A stretch of 64,000 nucleotides of DNA from Limisphaerales bacterium (lineage in GTDB: Bacteria > Verrucomicrobiota > Verrucomicrobiia > Limisphaerales > AAA164-E04), in assembly GCA_965242585.1 (NCBI GenBank), contig OZ251460.1, forward strand, positions 2,574,692-2,638,691, given 5' to 3'. The number at the start of each line of letters is the position of its first letter. Position 1 is the first letter of the stretch. The position numbers and the translations under genes are program-made. The notes below the pieces were generated by a model. The model was not told the origin of the DNA and did no database searches. It saw nothing but the letters and a program-made list of their open reading frames with translations. Below, in pieces: positions 56,439 through 64,000 of this stretch.

Positions 56439-58292
56439 ATGATACCCAGAAGCCACCGAACTCAACCGTCATTGGCCGCCATTTTTGCCGTCGGCCTAGC
56501 ATTTTTTCCCGGTCTTGTTTCCAGTCAAGAGCGCTTTAGCGAGCTGGTTGGGCCGGTGAACGTTCAATCCGTCCATGCCGGCGCCGCTCTTCGGGTGCCT
56601 TACATCACTTGGGGCGGAGATATGGCGACTTTTTACGCCAACGGCGGATTGAAGACGAAGCCGGGCTCCATTTTTGACCAGCAAGGACTCCGTCTCAATC
56701 TGGTTGCCGGCGATGACTTCGTCGGACAGGTTCGCGACTATCTTTCCGGGAAAAGCCCTTTTCTGCGAGGCACGTTTCGGATGATGGGCATGGCTTCGGA
56801 AGTGATTGGTTCTGATCCGCGCACCAAAGGCGTGGCGATTTTGCAAATGACTTGGTCGGCCGGGGATCATCTAATCTCGCGCGGCGCAATCAAAACGGTG
56901 GCCGATTTGAAGGGAAGGACCGTCGCTTTGCAACAGGGCGGCCCTCACGTCGGCATGTTAGACGACGTTCTTAAGACTGCTCAGCTTTCGTGGAACGACA
57001 TTCAGGTTCGCTGGGCAAAAGACTTGACGGGGACTGAGGACTCGCCGTCAGAGATTTTTCGGAACGACGACAAAGTGGACGCCTGCTTCGCCATTACTCC
57101 GGATATGCTCGGCCTTTGCGGGGGGCTGGACAATCAAGGCACCGGCGCCGAAGGAACGGTAAAAGGCGCCAAAGTGTTGGTGTCTACCGCCGAGCTTTCC
57201 CGCTCTATTGCCGATGTGTACGTATGCCGGAAAGACTTTTACGACGCCAACAAAGCCATGATTACGAAGTTTGTCGCCGGTTATTTGAAGGCGACTGAAG
57301 AAGTGATCGACTTGAAGAAGCAGTTTGAAGATCGCGGCTCGAGTTCTTTCGAGGCGCTTCTCCAAACCACGCAGAACATTTACGGCAAGAAAACCATTCC
57401 CGTGCTGGAAGAGGCGCACGGGCTGATTTCTGATTGCGCCTTTGTCGGGTATCCGGGAAACGTCGTCTTCTTCACGGAGAAAGGCAACTTGAGCGGCTTT
57501 GAGGCGTTTCAAAAGGCGGCTTTGGACCTGGCCGTCGAACGGGGATATGCCCGAGAACGCATGGGGCTTTTTCCTTCCGGCCTGAATTATCAAGGAAGCG
57601 AATTCATTGGCTACTTGACGAAAACCGACATTCAACGCGGCGAGCGATTTCGCGCCGAAGCGGTGCGCAGTGAAATTGAGGCGCTCGTTTCCGGCGAGGC
57701 ACTGGACGATAAAACCATTCTCTCCTTTACGATCAACTTTGAACCGAACCAAATTGAGTTCAGCGCCGTCCAATACGGCGCCGAGTTTCAGCGCGTTGTG
57801 GAGATCGCCGAACGTTTCGGCAACGCCGTCATCGCCATCCGAGGCCACGCCGACCCTACCAAAACCCTGTCGGAATTCGTCCGCGCCGGCCTCAAAAAAG
57901 GGGTTCTCAAACAATCCGGCACTCGCGGCAATTACAGATACTCGCTTCGGGGGCGTCCGCTGGACCTCAACGCCACCGCCGAACTCATCCAACTGGTCGA
58001 AACCGGCGCCTTTGACGGCGTCGCCGATCACAATCCGCGCGAAACCATGCAAGCCGCACTCAATCTCTCCCGCAAACGGGCCGAAGCCGTGTTCCAATCG
58101 ATTACTCAATACGCGCAGTCCAAAGGGCTCAATTTGGACAAAAGCCAAATTCAACCCACCGGCATCGGCGTCCGCGAACCCTTCATCGCCAAACCGCGCA
58201 ATATCGACGAAGCCCGCCAAAACATGCGCGTCGAGTTCCGCGTCATTCGCGTTCCCGCCGAGGCGACGATAGAATCTGATTTTGACTTTTAG
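56439..58292 (+). CDS. Periplasmic substrate-binding (NMT1/PhnD-like) domain fused to a C-terminal OmpA-like domain
   Basis: A signal peptide and then an SBP-like region. The C-terminus is IAIRGHADPT...(insert)...LSRKRAEAVFQSITQYAQSKGL...GIGVREPF...NMRVEFRVIRV, which is an OmpA_C pattern. I recall this architecture being annotated as phosphate ABC transporter substrate-binding/OmpA family. Confidence 0.7.
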   Translation: MIPRSHRTQPSLAAIFAVGLAFFPGLVSSQERFSELVGPVNVQSVHAGAALRVPYITWGGDMATFYANGGLKTKPGSIFDQQGLRLNLVAGDDFVGQVRDYLSGKSPFLRGTFRMMGMASEVIGSDPRTKGVAILQMTWSAGDHLISRGAIKTVADLKGRTVALQQGGPHVGMLDDVLKTAQLSWNDIQVRWAKDLTGTEDSPSEIFRNDDKVDACFAITPDMLGLCGGLDNQGTGAEGTVKGAKVLVSTAELSRSIADVYVCRKDFYDANKAMITKFVAGYLKATEEVIDLKKQFEDRGSSSFEALLQTTQNIYGKKTIPVLEEAHGLISDCAFVGYPGNVVFFTEKGNLSGFEAFQKAALDLAVERGYARERMGLFPSGLNYQGSEFIGYLTKTDIQRGERFRAEAVRSEIEALVSGEALDDKTILSFTINFEPNQIEFSAVQYGAEFQRVVEIAERFGNAVIAIRGHADPTKTLSEFVRAGLKKGVLKQSGTRGNYRYSLRGRPLDLNATAELIQLVETGAFDGVADHNPRETMQAALNLSRKRAEAVFQSITQYAQSKGLNLDKSQIQPTGIGVREPFIAKPRNIDEARQNMRVEFRVIRVPAEATIESDFDF

Positions 58293-58318
58293 AAAAAAGC
58301 AAACGTCCCCTTTGTCTT

Positions 58319-59284
58319 ATGAATCTTTTGAAAATCGCCAGCGCCAGCCTCGTCCTTTTTCTGGGCTACAGCGCCCTCACTCAGGAAGAACCGTCCGTAG
58401 CAATTGATGAATATCGTGACAACGTCGTCATCGTTTTGGACGCTTCCGGATCTATGAACCAGAGAATGCGAGGGAGCGGCGTCCAGAAAATAAAGGCGGC
58501 CAAAGCCGCACTCAAATCCGTGCTGCGAAACGTGCCGGAAACCACTTACATCGGACTTTTGGTATTCAGCGCCAAAAACCTCAGAAGCGATTGGGTTTAT
58601 CCTCTTGGCCCGCGAGAGGAGGAGCGGCTTTGGGAAGCGATCGACCGACCGATTCCAGAAAGCGGGACGCCCCTTGGCGAATACATAAAAATGGGGGCCG
58701 ACCGACTTTTGGAAGCGCGCGCGCAACAATACGGCTACGGCACTTACCGACTTCTCATCGTTACCGACGGCGATGCCAACGATCCCGAATTGGTAGATCG
58801 CTACACACCGGAAGTGCTGGCTCGCGGCATTCTCGTGGACGTCATCGGCGTGGACATGAAAACCGACCACACACTCGCCTCTATGGCTCACTCCTATCGC
58901 CGAGCCAACGATCCTGATTCTTTGGAAAGAGCGATTCGGGAGGTTTTTGCGGAACTGTCCTCCGACGCCGCCAACTTCTCGATGAAGGAAGCCTTCGAAC
59001 TCATCGCTCCCCTCCCCGTCGAATGCGCTGAGGCCGCTCTGCAGGCTCTCTCCATCTCCGGCAACCGGCCGATTGGAGAAAACGCGCGGCCTCCAAGCGG
59101 ATACCGAGAACAACCCGCGAATGCCGGCGCCGCCTCTTCTCAAGGGCAAAATGCTCAACCGCCTTCGCCGCCCGCGCCTACAAGCGCTGGCGATAAACCG
59201 TCTCGCTCGCCGAACCTTCTTCTGCCCGGCATTGTTTTCCTTCTCTTCTTTTTGGTAATCGCTAAGAAACTATTTCGCCGATGA
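58319..59284 (+). CDS. von Willebrand factor A domain protein with signal peptide and C-terminal TM anchor
   Basis: MIDAS motif VIVLDASGSM, then TPLGEYI and LLIVTDGDAN. There is a Pro/Ala-rich linker and a C-terminal LLLPGIVFLLFFLVIAKKLFRR. Confidence 0.8.
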   Translation: MNLLKIASASLVLFLGYSALTQEEPSVAIDEYRDNVVIVLDASGSMNQRMRGSGVQKIKAAKAALKSVLRNVPETTYIGLLVFSAKNLRSDWVYPLGPREEERLWEAIDRPIPESGTPLGEYIKMGADRLLEARAQQYGYGTYRLLIVTDGDANDPELVDRYTPEVLARGILVDVIGVDMKTDHTLASMAHSYRRANDPDSLERAIREVFAELSSDAANFSMKEAFELIAPLPVECAEAALQALSISGNRPIGENARPPSGYREQPANAGAASSQGQNAQPPSPPAPTSAGDKPSRSPNLLLPGIVFLLFFLVIAKKLFRR

Positions 59285-60846
59285 GTCAAACGAAATCCAA
59301 AGGATGCCTCGTCGCTTCCGCGCTTTGGTGCGCCATCTTGGCGGTATTGGCGGTGGCCTACAAACTTCTCGTGCATCCGTTTTTTTCAGAGAAACTGGCG
59401 GAAGACACCGGCTCTGCAAGCCAATATCAATCCGAAGTTCGGATCGCCGCCGATTCATTTTCCGGCTACGCTGTTCTTCGCTCCGACAGGATTAGGAATC
59501 TTCTGAAGCGCGAGGGAATCAAACTCACTATTTTAGACGATCAAGCCGACTACGCAAAGCGCTTGAACGCATTGAAAGAGGGAGACATCGACCTGGCCGT
59601 GTTCACCATCGACTCCTACCTCACCGCCGGCGCCAAAGCCGGCCACTTTCCCGGCAGCATTGTCCTGATCATTGACGAAACCCAAGGCAGCGACGCCATC
59701 CTCGCAAAGACTAACCTCGTCTCCAGCTTGCAGGACTTGGATGATCCAAACGCCAGAATCGTTCTTACGCCCAACTCTCCCAGCGAATTTTTGGCGCGCG
59801 TCGTTCTCGCTCACTTTAGCCTGCCCAACCTGCCGGAAGACTGGCAGATTCCGGCGGACAACGCCCAAGAAGTGTTTCGCCAAGCTCGCGCTTATCGAGG
59901 TTTGGAGAAACGGGCTTTTGTGCTGTGGGAACCTTATGTCTCGCGAGCCGTCAATCGGCATGGATACCAAATCCTCCTCGACAGTTCCAAACTCAAGGGA
60001 TACATCGTCGACGTTCTGGTTGCCCGCCGCAACTTTCTTCGGGACCGTCCCCAACAGATTGCCGCCGTCGTCAAAGCCTATCTGCGAGCCGCTTACCATT
60101 TTCACCAACAACCGGAGGGCATGAAGCAGTTGGTTCAAAAAGACGCCGCCCAATCCGGCGGCGACCGCTTGGACGACGCTCAGGCGCAAAACGTAGTCCA
60201 AGGAATTCAATGGAAAAACACGCTTGAAAACTTCGCTCACTTTGGATTGGGCGGCGCCACAGAACAGCAACACATCGAGGACATCATCATCAACATCGTC
60301 GACGTGCTGGTCAAAACAAAGGCCATCGAACGAGACCCTTTGGAAGGAAAGCATCATACTTTGTTCTACCGGCAAATACTGGCGGAACTGAAAGACGAAG
60401 GCTTCCACCCCGCCAAAAACATCAACCTCATCTCCGATCTGGGCGCCGAATTGGAAGAAACCGTGAGAATCACGGCGGAAGCCCCAGCCCTCAGCAAAGC
60501 GCAATGGGCGCAACTGCGTCCCGTCGGCGAGTTAAAGATTCGTCCCATTGTCTTCGCTCGCGGCTCCAGCAAAATTAGCCTGACGAGCAAGCGAGACTTG
60601 TTCGAAACTGCGAAAAAACTCAAAACCTTCCCCGAATTCTACCTTCGCGTTATCGGCCAAACCCGCGCGGAGGGAGACGCCGAGGCCAACCGGCGTCTTG
60701 CCGAGCAAAGAGCGCAAGCCGTCGCCCAATATCTGACGGAGGCCGGGATCGGCGGTCAACGACTCCGCACCGAAGCCATGCCTTCGCAAAACCAAACCGG
60801 AGCGGCGCAATCGGTCCGCTTCATCGTCGGACAACTTCCCTACTAA
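59281..60846 (+). CDS. Second SBP-like / OmpA-like fusion protein
   Basis: ATGA overlap with the vWA stop. It has an N-terminal TM helix and an SBP-like core (SFSGYAVLRSDRIRNLLKREGIKLTILDD). The C-terminus is VIGQTRAEGDAEANRRLAEQRAQAVAQYLTEAGIGGQRL..VRFIV, an OmpA_C pattern. Confidence 0.7.
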   Translation: MSQTKSKGCLVASALWCAILAVLAVAYKLLVHPFFSEKLAEDTGSASQYQSEVRIAADSFSGYAVLRSDRIRNLLKREGIKLTILDDQADYAKRLNALKEGDIDLAVFTIDSYLTAGAKAGHFPGSIVLIIDETQGSDAILAKTNLVSSLQDLDDPNARIVLTPNSPSEFLARVVLAHFSLPNLPEDWQIPADNAQEVFRQARAYRGLEKRAFVLWEPYVSRAVNRHGYQILLDSSKLKGYIVDVLVARRNFLRDRPQQIAAVVKAYLRAAYHFHQQPEGMKQLVQKDAAQSGGDRLDDAQAQNVVQGIQWKNTLENFAHFGLGGATEQQHIEDIIINIVDVLVKTKAIERDPLEGKHHTLFYRQILAELKDEGFHPAKNINLISDLGAELEETVRITAEAPALSKAQWAQLRPVGELKIRPIVFARGSSKISLTSKRDLFETAKKLKTFPEFYLRVIGQTRAEGDAEANRRLAEQRAQAVAQYLTEAGIGGQRLRTEAMPSQNQTGAAQSVRFIVGQLPY

Positions 60847-61139
60847 TGAACTCGCTTCCAATGAACCGCCGAATGCAAAAGCCTGCCGAATGCCCGGAAA
60901 TCGGCGGCCGCGATCGTGTTTCGAATGCGTTCTCTTCTTGGTCTCGTCCTTGCCGGCGAATGCCGTCTCGACCCCAGAACATTAGAAAGCAAAGGCAAAC
61001 CTCGGCATCTCGTCCCGCGCTTTATTTCCGAGATTGTTCCCTACTGCCGGCAAATTATCCGATGCGACCGGTTAAAAATTCTGTTCTCGAATGCGCCTCT
61101 ATAGGATATTCTTTTGAGCAACTTCGGCGAGAGGCAAGG

Positions 61140-61889
61140 ATGATCGACAATCGACAAATTCGAAAACGCCTGCTGCTGCATCATCTCAGCAGCCCTCTTG
61201 TTCTTGCGCCGTTTTTATTTGGGGTCACTATGCTGGCAGCCGCCTGGACGTTTGAATGGAAAGCGGCCGGCGTGGCCGCTTTTGCCGGTTTGGCCGGACT
61301 TATCGGCGCCGGCGGCATTCTTCTCACCAAACTCTTTCTAGGAAGCGAAAACACGGCCGTCCAAATTCTCCAGGAGATGGAGGCTAACGAAGTCGCCCGG
61401 AAAGAGCGGGATTTGGACCAATTGGAGATGCGGCTCGAAAGCTCCGACGACGATCCCCGCCCAGAAAAAGCGCTACGAGACTTGCGCTCTCTCGTTCGGG
61501 TCTTCCAAGAAACCAAACTCGAATCTGGAAGAAGCCATCAGCTTGCCTCCTTGATAGACATTCACACGCGCGTCATCGAACTGTTTGATCACTGCGTCGA
61601 GCTGCTCGAACAAACCATCCAACTTTGGGAAACCGCCGCTTCCCTTCACACGCCGGCCGCCCGCAAACCCATCCTCGCCCAAAGAGAAATAATCATTGAC
61701 GACATACAGGGAAGTGTGCGACAACTAAGCGCGGCGCTCGTCGGACTGAAGCAATTCGGCGCGGGAAGCGCTTCTACGGACCGTTTAAAACAAATGCGCA
61801 GTGAATTAGATCAAAGTTTGAAAATTGCGAAAACAGTCGAAACGCGCGTCAACAAATGGATGCGCGAGTCCCAAGTTTTCAAGAACTGA
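61140..61889 (+). CDS. Hypothetical 2-TM protein with cytoplasmic coiled coil (XpaC-like architecture)
   Basis: Start set at ATG 61140 (MIDNRQIRKRLLLHHLSSPLVLAPFLFGVTMLAAAW..GVAAFAGLAGLIGAGGILL), followed by a helical region. It lies immediately upstream of pspA. The similarity to XpaC is architectural only. Confidence 0.5.
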   Translation: MIDNRQIRKRLLLHHLSSPLVLAPFLFGVTMLAAAWTFEWKAAGVAAFAGLAGLIGAGGILLTKLFLGSENTAVQILQEMEANEVARKERDLDQLEMRLESSDDDPRPEKALRDLRSLVRVFQETKLESGRSHQLASLIDIHTRVIELFDHCVELLEQTIQLWETAASLHTPAARKPILAQREIIIDDIQGSVRQLSAALVGLKQFGAGSASTDRLKQMRSELDQSLKIAKTVETRVNKWMRESQVFKN

Positions 61890-61914
61890 CCGAACAAGAA
61901 ACCAAAGGAAAAAT

Positions 61915-62742
61915 ATGTTCCGAGCAATAGGAAGATGGATCAAAGCAGTTGGATACCTTCTCACAGGCCAAGTCGACTCCGCCCGCCGGGTTCTCGACAC
62001 CAACCCCCACGTCATTCGCGCCAAATACGATGAAATCGTCCGGGAAAAAATCTCGCGCATTCAACAATACAAACAAGCCGTGGCCGGACTCATCGCCCAA
62101 GAAGAAGCCAAAACGGCCAAAGTCAAACAACTCAGCGAGGAAGTGGCCAATTTAGAACGGCTCAAAGCCGGCGCCTTAGCCAAAGCCAAACAAACCGTCG
62201 CCAAACTGCAATCCGCCGGAAAATCCAAAGAAGCCATCCACGCGGACGAAAACTACAAAAAATGCCTGGCCGCCTATAACGACTTTTCCTCCACCCTCGC
62301 CGAAAAACAAGAGCGCATTGAGGAACTGGAAAACAACGTTGCGGATTACAAAAAAACCATCGGCGAACATAAAGTTCAACTGCAGCAATTGCTCCGCGAA
62401 GTTGAGAAAGTCCGCTCCGAAGCCGCCGATACCGTGGCCGAAGTAATCTCCGCCAAACAAGAAAAGGAAATCGCCGACACCATCGCCGGCATTGCGGAAG
62501 ACGGCACCGCCGAAGAGCTTCAATCCTTGCGCAAAATGCGTCACGAAGTTAAGGCCGAAGCCCGAGTCGCCAAAGAAATGGCCGGCGCCGACACCAAAGC
62601 GCAAGAAAACGAATTCCTGGAATACGCCCGCACTTCGGAGTCCACTTCGGAATTTGACTCCCTAATTGGGCTGGCCGAGACCGCCGAATCCGTCGACAAA
62701 CCCAAAGAATCCCCAAGCAAAGACACCGCCCTACCCGAATGA
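61915..62742 (+). CDS. pspA: PspA/IM30 family protein
   Basis: 275-aa all-helical coiled coil. It has the amphipathic N-terminus MFRAIGRWIKAVGYLL and a PspA-like heptad core through ...LRKMRHEVKAEARVAKEMAG. The start is set at ATG 61915. Confidence 0.75.
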   Translation: MFRAIGRWIKAVGYLLTGQVDSARRVLDTNPHVIRAKYDEIVREKISRIQQYKQAVAGLIAQEEAKTAKVKQLSEEVANLERLKAGALAKAKQTVAKLQSAGKSKEAIHADENYKKCLAAYNDFSSTLAEKQERIEELENNVADYKKTIGEHKVQLQQLLREVEKVRSEAADTVAEVISAKQEKEIADTIAGIAEDGTAEELQSLRKMRHEVKAEARVAKEMAGADTKAQENEFLEYARTSESTSEFDSLIGLAETAESVDKPKESPSKDTALPE

Positions 62743-62818
62743 TGGAAATCGCCGTCGAAAACAAAGCGCTTTTTTACCGCACAAACAGAGAAAAACGAAA
62801 TGACCGAGTGAAACCACA

Positions 62819-63919
62819 ATGAAAACAATGTTTGATTCCAAAAAACTACTTCACTGGAGCTTTATCGCCGTTTGTCTAGCCTTGGCCGCTGGTTGCGGTT
62901 CCGGCACAGACAGCGAAACCTCCCCAGAGACAAAACCGCCCAGCTTTTCACTGGCTTGGAGCGAGTATCCTTCCTGGAGCGTGTTTGGCGTCGCCCACGA
63001 CGTCGCCAAACTCGTTGACGGCGCCGAGGGAAAACTCGGCCCCATCGAAACAAAGTGGAACGTCGACATTGTCCTTAGAGAAGCCGACTACGACGGTTGC
63101 ATTACAATGTACGGCGCCGCTCAAGTGGACGCGGCCTGCCTAACCAACATAGACGCACTGAACCCGTCCCTCAGCCGCCCATCCACCATGATCCTGCCCA
63201 CCTCCACCAGCAACGGCGCCGACGCCTGCATCGTGACCGCCGCCATCCAAAATGTTCAAGACCTGCGAGGCAAAAAAGTCTTTGGCTTGGAAAAGTCTGT
63301 TTCTGAATATTGTTTCGTCAGAAATTTAGAAATCCTTGGCGAAAAAGAATCCGACCACAACTTCAGCAACCTGGATCCAAGCGCCGCCGCCATTGCCATG
63401 CAGCAAAAACAAGCCGGCACCGAAGCCATCGTCGTTTGGAATCCCTTCGTCATGGAAACACTGAAAAAGCGAAGCGACGTCAGTGTTCTCTTCGATTCCA
63501 AAAAAATCCCCAACGAAATCATCGACGCCGTCATCGTAGCGCAAGACTCGCTACAAAAACCCGGCGGTAAAGAGTTTGCCTGCGCGCTGATTGACGCCTT
63601 TTACGCCGTCAACCAACGCATCGCCGATCCGGACACCAAAGACGAAACACTTGTCGCCCTCGGCCAGAAGTTTTCCGACCTGGATTTGGAATCGATGAAA
63701 ACCGTCGTCAAGCAAACCCAATTCTTCGACACCCCGAAGAAAGGGAAGTCCATCCTTGCCGGCACCGAGCTTCCCAACATCATGGAAAAAGTGGCCTCCT
63801 TCTGCTTCGATCACGAAATGGTGGGACGCAAACCTACGTTCAGCTACGGTAGCGAAGGCGCCGCCGACCTTCGCTTTGATCCCGCTTACATCGACTTAGT
63901 TGCCTCCAAAGAGCAATAA
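62819..63919 (+). CDS. Lipoprotein, NMT1-like ABC transporter substrate-binding protein (urea-carboxylase-associated type?)
   Basis: Lipobox LALAAGC. SLAWSEYPSWSVFGVA...ACLTNIDAL...VVWNPFV resembles the putative urea/aliphatic-sulfonate SBP family. The subtype is from memory. Confidence 0.65.
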   Translation: MKTMFDSKKLLHWSFIAVCLALAAGCGSGTDSETSPETKPPSFSLAWSEYPSWSVFGVAHDVAKLVDGAEGKLGPIETKWNVDIVLREADYDGCITMYGAAQVDAACLTNIDALNPSLSRPSTMILPTSTSNGADACIVTAAIQNVQDLRGKKVFGLEKSVSEYCFVRNLEILGEKESDHNFSNLDPSAAAIAMQQKQAGTEAIVVWNPFVMETLKKRSDVSVLFDSKKIPNEIIDAVIVAQDSLQKPGGKEFACALIDAFYAVNQRIADPDTKDETLVALGQKFSDLDLESMKTVVKQTQFFDTPKKGKSILAGTELPNIMEKVASFCFDHEMVGRKPTFSYGSEGAADLRFDPAYIDLVASKEQ

Positions 63920-64000
63920 TCCGCGCAAGCGCATCGACAAAAAGAAGCCGGGCATGGCATGCTCTCCAACTATGATCTCCGACCGCATCGCCATTCCTTT

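Noticed and set aside
57048-60513. Minus-strand ORFs 57048..58220 (390 aa) and 59533..60513 (326 aa)
   Set aside because: They are antisense to the two SBP-OmpA genes, which have recognisable domains. Their composition (G/A/V/F-rich) is typical of shadow ORFs.

Overview
This is a 64-kb chromosomal window of about 55% GC with a strong C-over-G bias on coding strands, which produces many long spurious antisense ORFs. The gene content points to a Verrucomicrobiota or other PVC-group bacterium: three PEP-CTERM-anchored proteins, two prepilin-type N-terminal-methylation/H-X9-DG proteins and planctomycete-style secreted proteins. All calls come from reading the ORF translations and DNA by eye, with family assignments recalled from motifs; nothing was searched.

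Housekeeping blocks:
- GH42 beta-galactosidase and a divergent cupin isomerase
- class I/II aminotransferase
- hom-thrC-lysC operon
- GT9 / methyltransferase / GT4 envelope-glycan cluster
- Lol-like ABC transporter pair
- 7-bladed lactonase
- lpxA-radC-hflX

Accessory content and things worth a second look:
1. A heavily decayed Eco57I/PglX-like type IIG methyltransferase gene (about 19.75-22.79 kb). Its stop overlaps the start of an intact, AT-rich TcmP gene, which in turn overlaps an intact Gp37/Gp68 (DUF5131) three-Cys gene. No function is established for this pair. It is my best candidate for an uncharacterised DNA-modification or defence module.
2. Two inverted paralogous cassettes, each a roughly 0.7-kb conserved leader plus a PEP-CTERM surface-protein gene, lying 38 kb apart. 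One carries a 19-nt poly-C tract in its signal-peptide coding region. The other carries a 15-bp x9 tandem repeat at the same relative position and is split over three reading frames. This looks like a contingency or silent-cassette arrangement.
3. An intact beta-class DNA methyltransferase fused to a PD-(D/E)XK (Mrr-like) domain, sitting in a small low-GC island.
4. A NYN-nuclease operon with two membrane proteins.
5. A translationally coupled operon of DUF3419 (BtaA-like), a GNAT-like protein and a heme-oxygenase-like di-iron protein.
6. An envelope cluster containing two substrate-binding-domain/OmpA fusion proteins, a vWA protein, a 2-TM coiled-coil protein and PspA.
7. A decayed ECF sigma factor gene next to an IS5-family transposase remnant.

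Several frame disruptions map to short homopolymers, so assembly indel error must be excluded before any of them is called a pseudogene or a phase switch. I saw no rRNA, tRNA or CRISPR array.
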